Shown in pieces: positions 52,886 through 63,769 of a DNA stretch of 64,000 nucleotides; positions within the stretch are counted from its first letter, which is position 1; each line of letters opens with the position of its first letter. A model generated the notes under the pieces. The model was not told where the DNA came from. It saw only the letters and a program-made list of their open reading frames with translations, and ran no database searches. The stretch comes from Calditrichia bacterium (GTDB taxonomy: Bacteria; Calditrichota; Calditrichia; JAJRVZ01): assembly GCA_963796965.1 (NCBI GenBank), contig CAWCNS010000007.1, positions 1 to 64,000 on the forward strand. The letters run 5' to 3'. The position numbers and the translations under genes are program-made.

Positions 52886-54145
52886 TTATTTATAAATTAA
52901 ATATTTCTTACGTATTTGCAGAAAATTATCAATTTGTGTTTTCCAGATGTCTTTTAATTGATCAACCGGAACTCCCTTTTCTAATGCCAATCTAATTTTA
53001 TCCGTTCCTACAACTTTGTCAAACATTTTTACCCGCCCTGCTTTTGCAAACAGGTCGTTTTCAGGATATAGTTTCATATGGGTCTGCATGATATGTAGAC
53101 CTGTGGTGTAAGGCTCAAATGATTGAGGATCGCTGATATGTAGTTGTGCTCCCTGGCAGACCTCACCTTCATAATGCAGGTAATAAGGACGGAAATATAG
53201 AGGTCTGAAGAAAACCCCCGGAAGTTTTAAGTCATTTAATCTGGATGCAAAAATGTCGCCATCAATCCATGGTGCACCAACGAGTTCAAACGGCGAGGTA
53301 TATCCAACACCTTCGGATAAGATACCCAATTCACCAAAAGTTCCTGTAGCACCCATAAACAAAATGGTTTGCCAGTGGGGAACATGGGGTGACGTAGGGA
53401 TCCATTGAAGTTTGGTGTCCTCCCAAAGCATTGATCTTTTCCATTCTTGCATAGGAATAACTTTCAATGAACATGCGATTCCAAACTCAGAGTTAAATAA
53501 TAGGGCCAATTCCCCAATCGTCATACCATGTCGATAGGGCAGAGGATACAGACCAACGAAGGATGAGAATTCCGGGTCAAGAATATTTCCAGCCACGCTT
53601 TCTCCACCAATCGGATTTGGACGGTCTAATACCATGACCTCTTTGTTGTTTGCAGCAGCCGCTTCCATCACCATCGCCATGGTATAAATATATGTATAAG
53701 CGCGCAGACCAATATCCTGAATATCAATCAGGATAATATCAACATTTTGAAGAGATTCCGATGAGGGTTTGCGTTGTTTTCCATATAAACTATAGATGGG
53801 CAAAGAGGTGTTAGGATCCTTTGAATCCAGAACATGCTCTCCAGCATGAATAGCCCCTCTGATACCATGTTCTGGTCCGTAAAGAGTTGTCAGATTAATC
53901 CTGGGGTGATGATGGAGAAGGTCCGAAGTAGGGATTAGTTTTGCATTTACACCGCTTGGATTTGTCAATAAACCTACCCGTTTGTTGTTAACAAGATCCA
54001 GATGATTCAATAAAAAATTATCAATACCCAGTAAAAATTCTTTATGCTCTTGAATGTTGGAATCTTTGGGAATAGTGACCTGAGGTTGGCAGGATAAAAA
54101 CATATATATCAGAGCAATTAGAATTAAATACTGTGATTTCTTCAT
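52886..54145 (-). CDS. namZ: Exo-beta-N-acetylmuramidase NamZ (DUF1343/YbbC) lipoprotein
   Basis: VGLLTNPSG, GPEHGIRG, DIQDIGLRAYTY, LDRPNPIGG, RHGMTIGELA and WIPTSP. Confidence 0.9.
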   Translation of the reverse strand: MKKSQYLILIALIYMFLSCQPQVTIPKDSNIQEHKEFLLGIDNFLLNHLDLVNNKRVGLLTNPSGVNAKLIPTSDLLHHHPRINLTTLYGPEHGIRGAIHAGEHVLDSKDPNTSLPIYSLYGKQRKPSSESLQNVDIILIDIQDIGLRAYTYIYTMAMVMEAAAANNKEVMVLDRPNPIGGESVAGNILDPEFSSFVGLYPLPYRHGMTIGELALLFNSEFGIACSLKVIPMQEWKRSMLWEDTKLQWIPTSPHVPHWQTILFMGATGTFGELGILSEGVGYTSPFELVGAPWIDGDIFASRLNDLKLPGVFFRPLYFRPYYLHYEGEVCQGAQLHISDPQSFEPYTTGLHIMQTHMKLYPENDLFAKAGRVKMFDKVVGTDKIRLALEKGVPVDQLKDIWKTQIDNFLQIRKKYLIYK

Positions 54146-54588
54146 TGATTTTTAGTTGGTTTAGTTGGTAAACAAACGAAAATGAAAAGTAACCAAAACA
54201 AAAGTTAATATCAATTCGAAATTATTACGAATTTAGAGCAGATTTTGGCTAATGATCTAAAAAATGAGAGGTTAATTTATATTACCAGCTGTTTGCAATT
54301 ATTATCACTTTTACTTAATATTTAGCCATTGCTTATCTAATTTTTTTACCTGATCTAATCGTAGTGAAAGATATCCAGATCTTAGCGACAGCTCTGACTG
54401 TTCAAATTCGAAGGATGATAATTTATTTACCATGAAATTCACTCCCGAAGGGACTCCTTCGGAGGAAGAGCAGAAGAAAAAATTATAAATTATACTTTGT
54501 GTGTTTCGTGGTTTGAAACCAGATATATATTTGACGAGAATGCCCTTATTCTTTGATATACTAAAAGCTTATATATAGGAGAAAAACC

Positions 54589-55437
54589 GTGATAAAAAGG
54601 ATATTGTTGCCTCTGGACCCATCCCCTTATTCAAAATCTGCTCTTGATCTGGCCTGTATTATAGCAAAAATATATGATGCAGAAATTACCGGTATGGTTA
54701 TTCTGGATATACCAGGCATTATGGATTCTATAGGTCCTGTTCCTATTGGTGGGATTCATAGGGCTGAAAAGCTTGAAAATGAAAAAAAGGAAGAGGCAAT
54801 GGAAAGGATATCTTCACTCCTGCAATCGTTTAGAGATAAATGTACATTAGAAGGGATTCGCTATAATGAGGCCAAAAGGCAAGGCAGCCCCAGTGAGAAA
54901 ATAATTGAGGAGTCTATCTATCATGATGTTGTCTTTGCTGGGTTGCGTACCTATTTTAATTTTGAAACTTCAGATAAACATGGAAATTCCTTAGATAAAA
55001 TTTTAAAAGAAGCCATCACTCCTGTATATGGTGTCCCCAAAAAAATTCCATTTACCTCTGAACCGGATCGTAAAGTTAAAATTCTCATAGCTTTTGATGG
55101 AAGTCCGCTCTCAGCACGGGCACTTCAGCGTTTTGGGCAGTTGATAATCCGCGAACTTTACGAAATAACTCTCCTGAACGTCTCCGATGAGAGAGAAGAA
55201 GGAGAAGAAATGCTTGCGCGGGCTGCTGAATATCTTAGTGCACATAATATTACCGATGTGAAAAAAGATTGGGTTGATGGTGATATAATTGATATCATCG
55301 AATCAAAGTATTATGATTCTATGGATGGCTTTGTAGTTGGCGCCCATTCTCGTGAGGGTGTATTTGATTTTCTTGTTGGGAGTCTGACGAAGTTCTTGGT
55401 AAGAAAGGCTGAAAAACTAGTGTTTATCGGGCAGTAA
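54589..55437 (+). CDS. Tandem universal stress protein
   Basis: Two USP domains (RILLPLDPS and KILIAFDGS) and VVGAH...GSLT. Confidence 0.85.
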   Translation: MIKRILLPLDPSPYSKSALDLACIIAKIYDAEITGMVILDIPGIMDSIGPVPIGGIHRAEKLENEKKEEAMERISSLLQSFRDKCTLEGIRYNEAKRQGSPSEKIIEESIYHDVVFAGLRTYFNFETSDKHGNSLDKILKEAITPVYGVPKKIPFTSEPDRKVKILIAFDGSPLSARALQRFGQLIIRELYEITLLNVSDEREEGEEMLARAAEYLSAHNITDVKKDWVDGDIIDIIESKYYDSMDGFVVGAHSREGVFDFLVGSLTKFLVRKAEKLVFIGQ

Positions 55438-55441
55438 TCAG

Positions 55442-56551
55442 ATGTCTCAAAAATCTGATCGAGGTAAAATGTTAGGGATTAATCAGGAGATGCCCCAAAT
55501 CCTCATCAGAAACACCAGGACAATAATATTTCTCTTAGGAATTATCTGTGCCATTCTTGCAGGTTATATCCTGATAGAGATGAAAACGGTTATTGTTCCA
55601 TTTGCGTTAGCACTTATCATCAGTTTTATCTTAAATCCCATCATAGTCTTTTTTGAGAAAAAGCACATTCCAGAGGGCATTTCTATTTTGGTCGTGCTGG
55701 TTTTAACCTTTGCTATATTATTTTTAGTGGGGCAGCTGATCAATATCAATGTTAAATCATTTTTGGCTGATGTTAATCAATATGAGGCCAAGTATCATAG
55801 TTTTAAACAGAACTTTCTTGAAATTATCAGTATTGCAGAGGGAGACTATACCGACTCTCTGAAAAGCAGAGAATACCCGGCAATAAGTGCTATCATTCAA
55901 AATACCTCGATTAAATCTCTTGTTACGGCAATTCTGGGTTCAGTGAGTTCGATATTATCTGATACATTTTTAGTTTTACTTTACCTCCTGTTTCTTCTGC
56001 TTAGCCGCAATCGTCTTGTTCATAAACTTGATATTGCCTTCAAATCAGATACCTCATCAACTCTGAAAGAAATTGTCAAAACGATCACCACTCAAATCAA
56101 CAAGTATGTGATCACAAAAACCTGGATTAGTTTGCTAACTGCATCTATGGTAACATTAGTCCTGTGGTTATTTGGTGTTGAATTTGCCTTCATCTGGGGA
56201 TTGCTGACCTTCTTATTGAACTTTATACCAAATATTGGTTCAATCTTTGCAACTTTATTCCCGGCAGTTTTTGCATTCGTCCAATTTGATACTCTAATGC
56301 CTGTTATTTGGGTTACGCTATGTCTGTTTCTGATACAATTTCTGGTCGGAAATGTTATCGAACCAAAAATTATTGGTAAAAGTATGGGGATAAGTCCGAT
56401 TGTTGTTCTCTTTTCTCTGATGTTTTGGGGATATGCCTGGGGGATCATCGGTATGATTCTGGCTGTACCATTTGCAGTTTTAATAAAAATAATTATGGAT
56501 AATATATCCGGATTAAAGCCGATTGGCGTTTTGATTAGTGACTATAAATGA
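55442..56551 (+). CDS. AI-2E family transporter
   Basis: LLNFIPNIGS, GNVIEPKIIG and WGIIGMILAVP. Confidence 0.9.
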   Translation: MSQKSDRGKMLGINQEMPQILIRNTRTIIFLLGIICAILAGYILIEMKTVIVPFALALIISFILNPIIVFFEKKHIPEGISILVVLVLTFAILFLVGQLININVKSFLADVNQYEAKYHSFKQNFLEIISIAEGDYTDSLKSREYPAISAIIQNTSIKSLVTAILGSVSSILSDTFLVLLYLLFLLLSRNRLVHKLDIAFKSDTSSTLKEIVKTITTQINKYVITKTWISLLTASMVTLVLWLFGVEFAFIWGLLTFLLNFIPNIGSIFATLFPAVFAFVQFDTLMPVIWVTLCLFLIQFLVGNVIEPKIIGKSMGISPIVVLFSLMFWGYAWGIIGMILAVPFAVLIKIIMDNISGLKPIGVLISDYK

Positions 56552-56729
56552 GGGTAAGCAAGAAATATAATGAATATCGAATAAGGATTAATTCCGAAGC
56601 AATTTCGGGACAAGCAGATTTTCAAACAGTTCGCAAATCGTTAATCGATATTCCTTGCCTGTCCCGTTACGAAGTGTATCGGGATTCTTAAATAATTTTT
56701 GCTATTATATCAGGGGAGATATTAAAAAG

Positions 56730-57125
56730 ATGAGCGATCACAATGACGAAAGAAGAAAGCATCAACGGGTGTTATTTACCGTTGAAGATGGTATTGTTGG
56801 CGTGTTCAACCCACCTGGGAATGGTGGCGAACCTTTAGAAGCATCCGTTATGGATATGAGTAAAGGAGGAGTAAAATTACTTTTTAAACCGATTCTTGAT
56901 AATAGAATTATGGAAGGAGATAAGTTAATACTTAGTGAGATCCGTGGTTCAGGTTCCTCCCAGGTTGTTGTCAATATTGATACTGAAGTTAAATGGATAT
57001 CTGAAGATGAGTTGAGTGAAACCATAGGCGTGGGTGTTGAATTTTTAAATGTAGTTGAAAGTGAACAAGATCAGATTGACGAAATGGCAGATTTTTGGTA
57101 TTTGCAAAAGCTTGAGAGGCATTAG
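56730..57125 (+). CDS. Stand-alone PilZ domain protein
   Basis: c-di-GMP motifs RRKHQR (RxxxR) and DMSKGG (DxSxxG). Confidence 0.85.
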   Translation: MSDHNDERRKHQRVLFTVEDGIVGVFNPPGNGGEPLEASVMDMSKGGVKLLFKPILDNRIMEGDKLILSEIRGSGSSQVVVNIDTEVKWISEDELSETIGVGVEFLNVVESEQDQIDEMADFWYLQKLERH

Positions 57126-57518
57126 ATGAAAACAATTTCCGAGATTTATATACTTTTGGAAGATCGACCAGGAACAATCGGCGATCTGGCCAGGGTGTTG
57201 AAGAAAAAGAAGGTGTCAATTTATGCGATTGGTCTATGGGTTGATACAGCCAGGTTATATGTCTCTGATCCTGAACTGGCTCTAAAAGCAGTTCAGGAAC
57301 AAGGGTACCAGGTGGAATTACGTGAAGTGTTGCATTTTGATGTTCCCAACAAACCAGGTGTTCTAATGGAGTTAACCCAAAAACTTGGAAATGCGGGTAT
57401 AAATATTAATAATCTATATGGTGCCCTTGGTGAAAAGCAAGAGCGGGGAATATTGATCGTAGAAGTTGATAATATGCAATTGGCATTGGATATATTCGAA
57501 AATCATGATTTTGACTGA
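57126..57518 (+). CDS. Tandem ACT domain protein
   Basis: LEDRPGTIGDL and VPNKPGVLMEL...GININNLY. Confidence 0.85.
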   Translation: MKTISEIYILLEDRPGTIGDLARVLKKKKVSIYAIGLWVDTARLYVSDPELALKAVQEQGYQVELREVLHFDVPNKPGVLMELTQKLGNAGININNLYGALGEKQERGILIVEVDNMQLALDIFENHDFD

Positions 57519-57801
57519 TTTATTCATACCGCAAAGATGCTGCAATCTAAGATAAGAGGTACACAAACTACTTAACCGCAACGACGCAGAGGATACGCAA
57601 AGCACGCAAAGTATTTATTAATTTATTTAAAGAAAATATATTTTGTCATTACGAACCTTACGCCTTCTTTGTGTCTTAGCGGTAAATAAAATCTTGAACA
57701 CCTTATATAAAATTGTGCTTAAATAATAAAATATTTGAATATACGTTAGTCGTCCCAATTTATTGGGATGAAACTATCTTCAAAAACCCTTAAGGAAATA
57801 A

Positions 57802-59190
57802 ATGATAAAAAAGATAATAATTGTAATTTTTACCTTAATTCTCCTGGTTGTACTTGCAATCTATCTAATTACGGGAAGTGTAAACCATACACCTTACTTC
57901 AAAGAGGGTTATTATGATATCACAAGGGCACGCCTGGATTCTACCCTGCAGATTTTATCCCCTTCCCATGGTCAGCTAAAAGCCGGTTTCTCTAAGATCA
58001 ATATTACACCAATTATTGGTGCAGCGGAAGACAATCCCGATGAGGGGGCGTTCAAAGTTATGCCTCTTGCCGGATATGGGGGGCGTGAAGGAAGGCCGGC
58101 GCTAGGCATTCATGACAGCCTTTATGTAAGAGTTACAGCCCTAAAGGTTGAAGATAAGATGATTGTTTTTGTTGGAAGTGATCTGTTGATAATGCCTCCT
58201 GAAGTCACCGATAGCCTCACCTCACAATTAGAGAAATTCCATGATATAAAAAGAGAACAGTTATTTCTTTCAGCAACCCATACGCATTCATCTGTTGGTG
58301 CATGGGCATCTGGTTGGGTCGGAAGTGAGTTCGCCGGAGAGGAAAATCTTGCTGTGCGACAATGGCTTACGATGAGAATTAAGACCGGCATACTTGCTGC
58401 AATTGAAGATCTGCAACTTGCGAGAATAGCAACGACCAATTTCACGGCACCAGAATTTGTAAGAAACAGACTAGTCGGGGAGAAGGGTAGGGTCAATCCT
58501 GAATTTACTTTTATTGTCCTCCAACAACAGAGTGGGAAAAATTGTGTGCTCGGTGCCTATTCAGCCCATGCCACAACAATTGGAGCATCAAATATGCTAT
58601 TCAGTGCCGGATATCCTGGTTATTGGCAATCTAAACTTGAGAGTGAATTTGCCCATACCGCCATTTTTTTTGCCGGCACTGTGGGTAGTCATGGACCGGT
58701 AGGAAAAGGCAAAAATTTTGAAAAGGCTCGATACATCGGTGAATCATTGGCTGATAGCGTGATCAAGCATTCATCTGATCTTGCTTATTATGACGCGGTC
58801 CCCCTTAAATACCTATCCTGTAAGGTTCGTCTCCCCGAGTTTCATGTTCGCGTAAGTATGGATAGACATTTATGTACAGCTCTGAGCAATCAATTATTAC
58901 CTTTACATGATGATGTTTGGATCCAGGCTGTAAAGATATCTGACCTGGTTTGGGTGACTTCTCCCTGTGATTTTAGTGGAGAGTTTGCCTTGGAGATAAA
59001 AAACAGTCTTAAACAAAAGGGCTATAAATCTATAATTTCCAGTTTTAATGGTGGGTATGTTGGATATGTGATCCCCAGAAAATACTACTATTTAGATAAA
59101 TATGAGTCATTTACCATGGCCTGGTTTGGTCCAAATCTGGGTGATTATTTTGTGGATATAATTTATCGGTTGAGTGAAGCCGTCCTTTAA
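57802..59190 (+). CDS. Neutral ceramidase N-terminal-like hydrolase
   Basis: PLAGY, HDSLYVR, SATHTHS and YSAHAT. Confidence 0.7.
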   Translation: MIKKIIIVIFTLILLVVLAIYLITGSVNHTPYFKEGYYDITRARLDSTLQILSPSHGQLKAGFSKINITPIIGAAEDNPDEGAFKVMPLAGYGGREGRPALGIHDSLYVRVTALKVEDKMIVFVGSDLLIMPPEVTDSLTSQLEKFHDIKREQLFLSATHTHSSVGAWASGWVGSEFAGEENLAVRQWLTMRIKTGILAAIEDLQLARIATTNFTAPEFVRNRLVGEKGRVNPEFTFIVLQQQSGKNCVLGAYSAHATTIGASNMLFSAGYPGYWQSKLESEFAHTAIFFAGTVGSHGPVGKGKNFEKARYIGESLADSVIKHSSDLAYYDAVPLKYLSCKVRLPEFHVRVSMDRHLCTALSNQLLPLHDDVWIQAVKISDLVWVTSPCDFSGEFALEIKNSLKQKGYKSIISSFNGGYVGYVIPRKYYYLDKYESFTMAWFGPNLGDYFVDIIYRLSEAVL

Positions 59191-59411
59191 GTGCCTGATA
59201 CTAGGTTTTGGATACCCGATTATTGATACTGGATGATCAGCAAATTGCCTTGTTTGACAACCATTATTTGGAATTTCAACTCACTTCAAATTTCAAACAA
59301 AGACGTGACAGCAAATAGCAATGAGCACAACTTTTATATCTTGTATCCCGTATCCCGTATCCTGTATCGGGTACCATCCCCTCAAATGCATATGTGAAAG
59401 GTTAACTTAGA

Positions 59412-60713
59412 ATGTCCTGGAAAAAAATTACCTTATTGATAATTGCGGTACTTGTCGGCCTGTTAATTATTACTTTTCTTGTGATAACCGGTCCTTCCTT
59501 ATGGCGTCATTTTATAACTTATCCCGCTCTGGATGCTGAATTAGAAGAACTTGAACTTAAAAGACAGGAAACGCCCAACATTGTAAATCTCAAAACATAT
59601 CGTGGTATTCTTCACTCACACTGTTACTGGTCCCACGATAGCCGGGGAGTTCTGCAAGAGTTTCTTCCAGCGGCAAAAAAAGCCAATATTGAATTTATTT
59701 TTTTTACTGATCACCCCCGGGCAAAATTGGATACCTTTCCCAGGGCTTATCAAGGTATGTATGACGGTATCTTGATTGAACCCGGAAGCGAAACCCGCGG
59801 CATGCTTATTTGGCCTCTCGACACCATGATTGTGGACTGGCGCATAAATAATGCAGACATGTTTAAAGAGGTTATTGATCAAGGCGGATTGGTCTTCTAT
59901 GGTCATAGTGAAGAACCCCATGAATGGGGCAATCCGGATTATCAGGGGATGGAAATTTATAATATCCATACGGATTCGAAGGATGATGATATGGTTGCTC
60001 ATGCACCAAATCTCACTATTAATGGACCGAGCTACCGGCGCTGGGCTTATTGGGAAGTAGTCGATGAACAAACAGAAATTCTGGCACTCTGGGACTCTTT
60101 AAACCAGGGGCGCAGGATTGTTGGCATATCTGCTGCTGATGCACATGATAATCAAAATATTCGTGCCCGTTATTTTGAGGACGGACGGGTGGAATGGGTG
60201 GGTCCCAATGCAGATGCTATCGATACTACTGAAACGGGATTACTTGAGTGGTTACTGCTCTCAGAGCCAGACGAAAATGGTTGGGCATTTAAATGGCAGA
60301 TAGATACTTATTATATGTCCTTTAGTCTATGTACCAATTATCTTTTTGCGGATACATTAACAATTGAATCAATTGCTGATCATCTTCTGAAGGGACATCT
60401 ATATACGGGCTTTCAAAGCATTGCTGATGCGGATGGATTCATCTTTTATGGAAACAATGACGCCGGGGACTTGACATCTATTATGGGAGACTCGGTAAGT
60501 TCTGCTAATATAGCATCGCTTAACGCTGTATCACCTTTGCCGGGCCAATTCAGGTTAATCAGAAATGGAAAACTAATCGATACGGTTTCTGACGCCTATG
60601 AATATCATTACGAACAACCCATTTTTCCGGGTGTTTATCGACTGGAGGTATTTTTAGAATTTGATTCGAAGTGGAATCCTTGGATCTATTCAAATCCGAT
60701 ATATGTTTATTGA
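59412..60713 (+). CDS. PHP-domain metallohydrolase
   Basis: LHSHCYWSHDS, FTDH, GMEIYN and AADAH. Confidence 0.75.
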   Translation: MSWKKITLLIIAVLVGLLIITFLVITGPSLWRHFITYPALDAELEELELKRQETPNIVNLKTYRGILHSHCYWSHDSRGVLQEFLPAAKKANIEFIFFTDHPRAKLDTFPRAYQGMYDGILIEPGSETRGMLIWPLDTMIVDWRINNADMFKEVIDQGGLVFYGHSEEPHEWGNPDYQGMEIYNIHTDSKDDDMVAHAPNLTINGPSYRRWAYWEVVDEQTEILALWDSLNQGRRIVGISAADAHDNQNIRARYFEDGRVEWVGPNADAIDTTETGLLEWLLLSEPDENGWAFKWQIDTYYMSFSLCTNYLFADTLTIESIADHLLKGHLYTGFQSIADADGFIFYGNNDAGDLTSIMGDSVSSANIASLNAVSPLPGQFRLIRNGKLIDTVSDAYEYHYEQPIFPGVYRLEVFLEFDSKWNPWIYSNPIYVY

Positions 60714-60858
60714 TGTCTGATTTATCGTCTTAACGCAGCGTTAAGAAAAAGGTGTCGCCAGGCATAAATTAATTAAATAAAAGATAGAAAATGAGGTCAA
60801 TCATTAAACAAATTTGTCATCCCGTTCCGGGACAGGATGATAAATAGAGGGCAAATCA

Positions 60859-61971
60859 ATGAAAGAAAATTTTAGATATCAGCAAAAATATAACGGCTAT
60901 TTTAGTACAATATTTAGTGTATTAGCATCCTTAATTGTCTTTAGTTCCTGTGCCCATACTCAACAAAAGAAAGATATACCCATGCACTCTTCAATTGTAA
61001 AGCAAGAATTTATTTATTCATTGGCAAATGCGCCAACGCCTCAATGTCATGCTTCAACCATTGCAGCAACAGATGGGAAATTAGTCGCGGCCTGGTTTGG
61101 GGGAACCCGTGAAAAAAACAAGGATGTTGGGATTTGGGTGTCGGTGAAATCTGATGATCAGTGGTCCAAACCCGAGGAGGTTGTCAATGGTGTACAGGCC
61201 GATGGCTCCCGGTACCCGTGCTGGAATCCCGTGCTGTTTCAGCCACGAAACGGACCTTTGATGCTGTTTTACAAGGTTGGTCCAAATCCAGAAGAATGGT
61301 GGGGCTTGCTTGTCACATCTGAAGATGGGGGAATTACATGGTCCAAACCTATCCGGTTGCCGGACGGTATATGGGGGCCTATAAAAAACAAACCGGTACA
61401 ATTGACAGATGGGACAATTCTAAGTCCTTCCAGCCGTGAAGATGTGGGATGGCAGATACATGTTGAGATCTCTGACGAAAAGGCAAAGACCTGGAAGAGT
61501 ACCGGAGGATTGAATGATACGTCAAAATTCGGAGCCATTCAGCCAACAATCCTGATCTATCCCGGAAATAAATTACAAATGCTCTCTCGCACAGAAAATG
61601 AGGTAATCTCAGAATGCTGGTCCGAAGACAACGGGCGAACCTGGAGCGAAATGTCGGCAACATCTTTACCGAATCCTAATTCGGGTATTGATGGTGTTAC
61701 CTTGAAAGATGGGCGTCAATTGCTTGTCTACAATCCCACGGATAAAAACTGGGGAGATAGGGTTCCTTTAAGCATCGCACTATCAAATGATGGGAAAAAA
61801 TGGACGAAAATGCTCGATCTCGAGCCTGTTACAAATCCTGATACGACAGAGGATGAGGAATATTCTTATCCGGGGGTAATTCAAACAGCAGATGGATTGG
61901 TTCATGTGGTGTATACGTATAATCGAGAGACCGTAAAACATGTGGTGGTTGATCCGGCAAAAATTAATTAA
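60859..61971 (+). CDS. BNR-repeat sialidase-like lipoprotein
   Basis: CHASTI, Asp-boxes SEDGGITW, SEDNGRTW and SNDGKKW, and EYSYP. Confidence 0.85.
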   Translation: MKENFRYQQKYNGYFSTIFSVLASLIVFSSCAHTQQKKDIPMHSSIVKQEFIYSLANAPTPQCHASTIAATDGKLVAAWFGGTREKNKDVGIWVSVKSDDQWSKPEEVVNGVQADGSRYPCWNPVLFQPRNGPLMLFYKVGPNPEEWWGLLVTSEDGGITWSKPIRLPDGIWGPIKNKPVQLTDGTILSPSSREDVGWQIHVEISDEKAKTWKSTGGLNDTSKFGAIQPTILIYPGNKLQMLSRTENEVISECWSEDNGRTWSEMSATSLPNPNSGIDGVTLKDGRQLLVYNPTDKNWGDRVPLSIALSNDGKKWTKMLDLEPVTNPDTTEDEEYSYPGVIQTADGLVHVVYTYNRETVKHVVVDPAKIN

Positions 61972-62122
61972 TTTATCTTTAATAGGTGATATAGAGATCG
62001 ACAAGCTTTCTTCCACTAATTCCACTAATTCGCACGAATTAATTTTATAAATAATAATATTCGTGAAATTTGTGAAATCCGTGGATAAAATTCTTTTAAA
62101 GTTGTTCAAATTGGAGAAGAAA

Positions 62123-63595
62123 GTGTTATCGATAAATAAAATCTGGTATATATTCCGGGTTCGACATTCAGATGGTATTCGTCTTGTTATACTGATGGCG
62201 AATTTGGTTTTTTTACTATTCTCATTTGCCTGCCAAAATGATTCAAATGCTAATAATGATGATATCAGTTCAGCATGGGAACAAGTACCTGAAATCCTGG
62301 ATAAAATTACTGTCCCGTTATTCCCTCAAAGAGAGTACCTGATCACGGAATTTGGGGCTGTTGGTGATGGTGAAACCGACTGTTATTCCTCATTTAAAAT
62401 CGCGGTGAATAAATGTAATGCCGAAGGTGGAGGAAAAATTGTTGTTCCGAAGGGGATCTTTCTTACAAATGGCCCAATTCATCTGAAAAGTAATGTTAAT
62501 TTGCATCTGCAGAAAGGGGCTGTAATAAAGTTTGGTTCCAACCCCGATGATTATTTGCCTGTTGTACTTACGCGATGGGAAGGAACAGAACTTTTTAATT
62601 ACTCCCCATTGGTATATGCCTATATGGCAACCAATGTGGCCATCACCGGAGAGGGAATTCTTAATGGCAATGCGGGTGCGGAATTTGCAAAATGGAAGCC
62701 GCGACAGAAACCAGCTCAGAAAAAACTACGTCAGATGGGCAATGATGGGATTCCTGTTTATAAGAGGGTCTTTGGTAAAGGATCTTTTTTACGTCCGGGT
62801 ATGGTTCAGTTCTTTGGGTGTAAAAATGTACTTGTTGAAAAAATCACCATCAAAGACGCTCCCTTTTGGTGTTTGCATCCGGTCTTTTGTGTAAATGTGA
62901 CGATACGAGGAATAACTGTAGATAGTCGTAACCAGAACAATGATGGTTGTAATCCTGATGCTTCTGTGAATGTATTAATAGAGAATTGCGAATTCCATAC
63001 AGGTGATGATGGTGTCGCAATTAAATCAGGCAGGGATCAGGATGGCTGGCGCATTGGTCAGGCTACCGAGAATGTTATTATTCGCAACTGTGTTGTTAAC
63101 TCTAAAATAAATGGTCTTTGTATTGGTAGCGAAATGTCCGGAAGTGTAAGGAATATATTTATTGAAAACTGTAAAATTGCAGAGGCGACATCTGTTCTTT
63201 ATTGCAAGTCCAATTTTGATCGTGGTGGCCGGGTTGAAAATGTATATATGAGGAATATCGATGTAGATCGGGCAAAAGATGCCTTAATACGTCTGGATAC
63301 AAACTACAAGGGGCATCGTGGGAATCATCATCCACCTCTTTTTCAAAATTTTTATATTGAAAATATCCAGTGTAAAAAAGCTGAAAATTATGCTGTTTAT
63401 GCAAAAAATGCGCCTGGTGGAACTATAGACAATATTGTTTTGAAAAATGTTACGGTAGATACGGCGAGAATTATCCGTTATTATAAAGATGTTAACAATA
63501 TTGTATTTGATAATGTTCTGATTAATGGTAAAATTCAAGAGAGTAAATATGATCCTTCGAAAGAAGGTGATGAAGATACAAATATTGGTTGGTAG
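62123..63595 (+). CDS. GH28 glycoside hydrolase
   Basis: FGAVGDG, NNDG, GDDGVAIKSG and IGSEMSG. Confidence 0.9.
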   Translation: MLSINKIWYIFRVRHSDGIRLVILMANLVFLLFSFACQNDSNANNDDISSAWEQVPEILDKITVPLFPQREYLITEFGAVGDGETDCYSSFKIAVNKCNAEGGGKIVVPKGIFLTNGPIHLKSNVNLHLQKGAVIKFGSNPDDYLPVVLTRWEGTELFNYSPLVYAYMATNVAITGEGILNGNAGAEFAKWKPRQKPAQKKLRQMGNDGIPVYKRVFGKGSFLRPGMVQFFGCKNVLVEKITIKDAPFWCLHPVFCVNVTIRGITVDSRNQNNDGCNPDASVNVLIENCEFHTGDDGVAIKSGRDQDGWRIGQATENVIIRNCVVNSKINGLCIGSEMSGSVRNIFIENCKIAEATSVLYCKSNFDRGGRVENVYMRNIDVDRAKDALIRLDTNYKGHRGNHHPPLFQNFYIENIQCKKAENYAVYAKNAPGGTIDNIVLKNVTVDTARIIRYYKDVNNIVFDNVLINGKIQESKYDPSKEGDEDTNIGW

Positions 63596-63769
63596 ATTTT
63601 TTAAGAAAAAATGATAATTTGAAATAATTCCCATATTTAATGCAAAGCGTATTGTGAAAATTACCTCCCCCTTTTTCCCCCTCCTTAGTAAGGAGAGGGA
63701 TTATGGGGGAGGTGATTTGTCAATGCCTAATAAAATTACATTAAATTCAAAATTAAATGAGGTTCAAAT

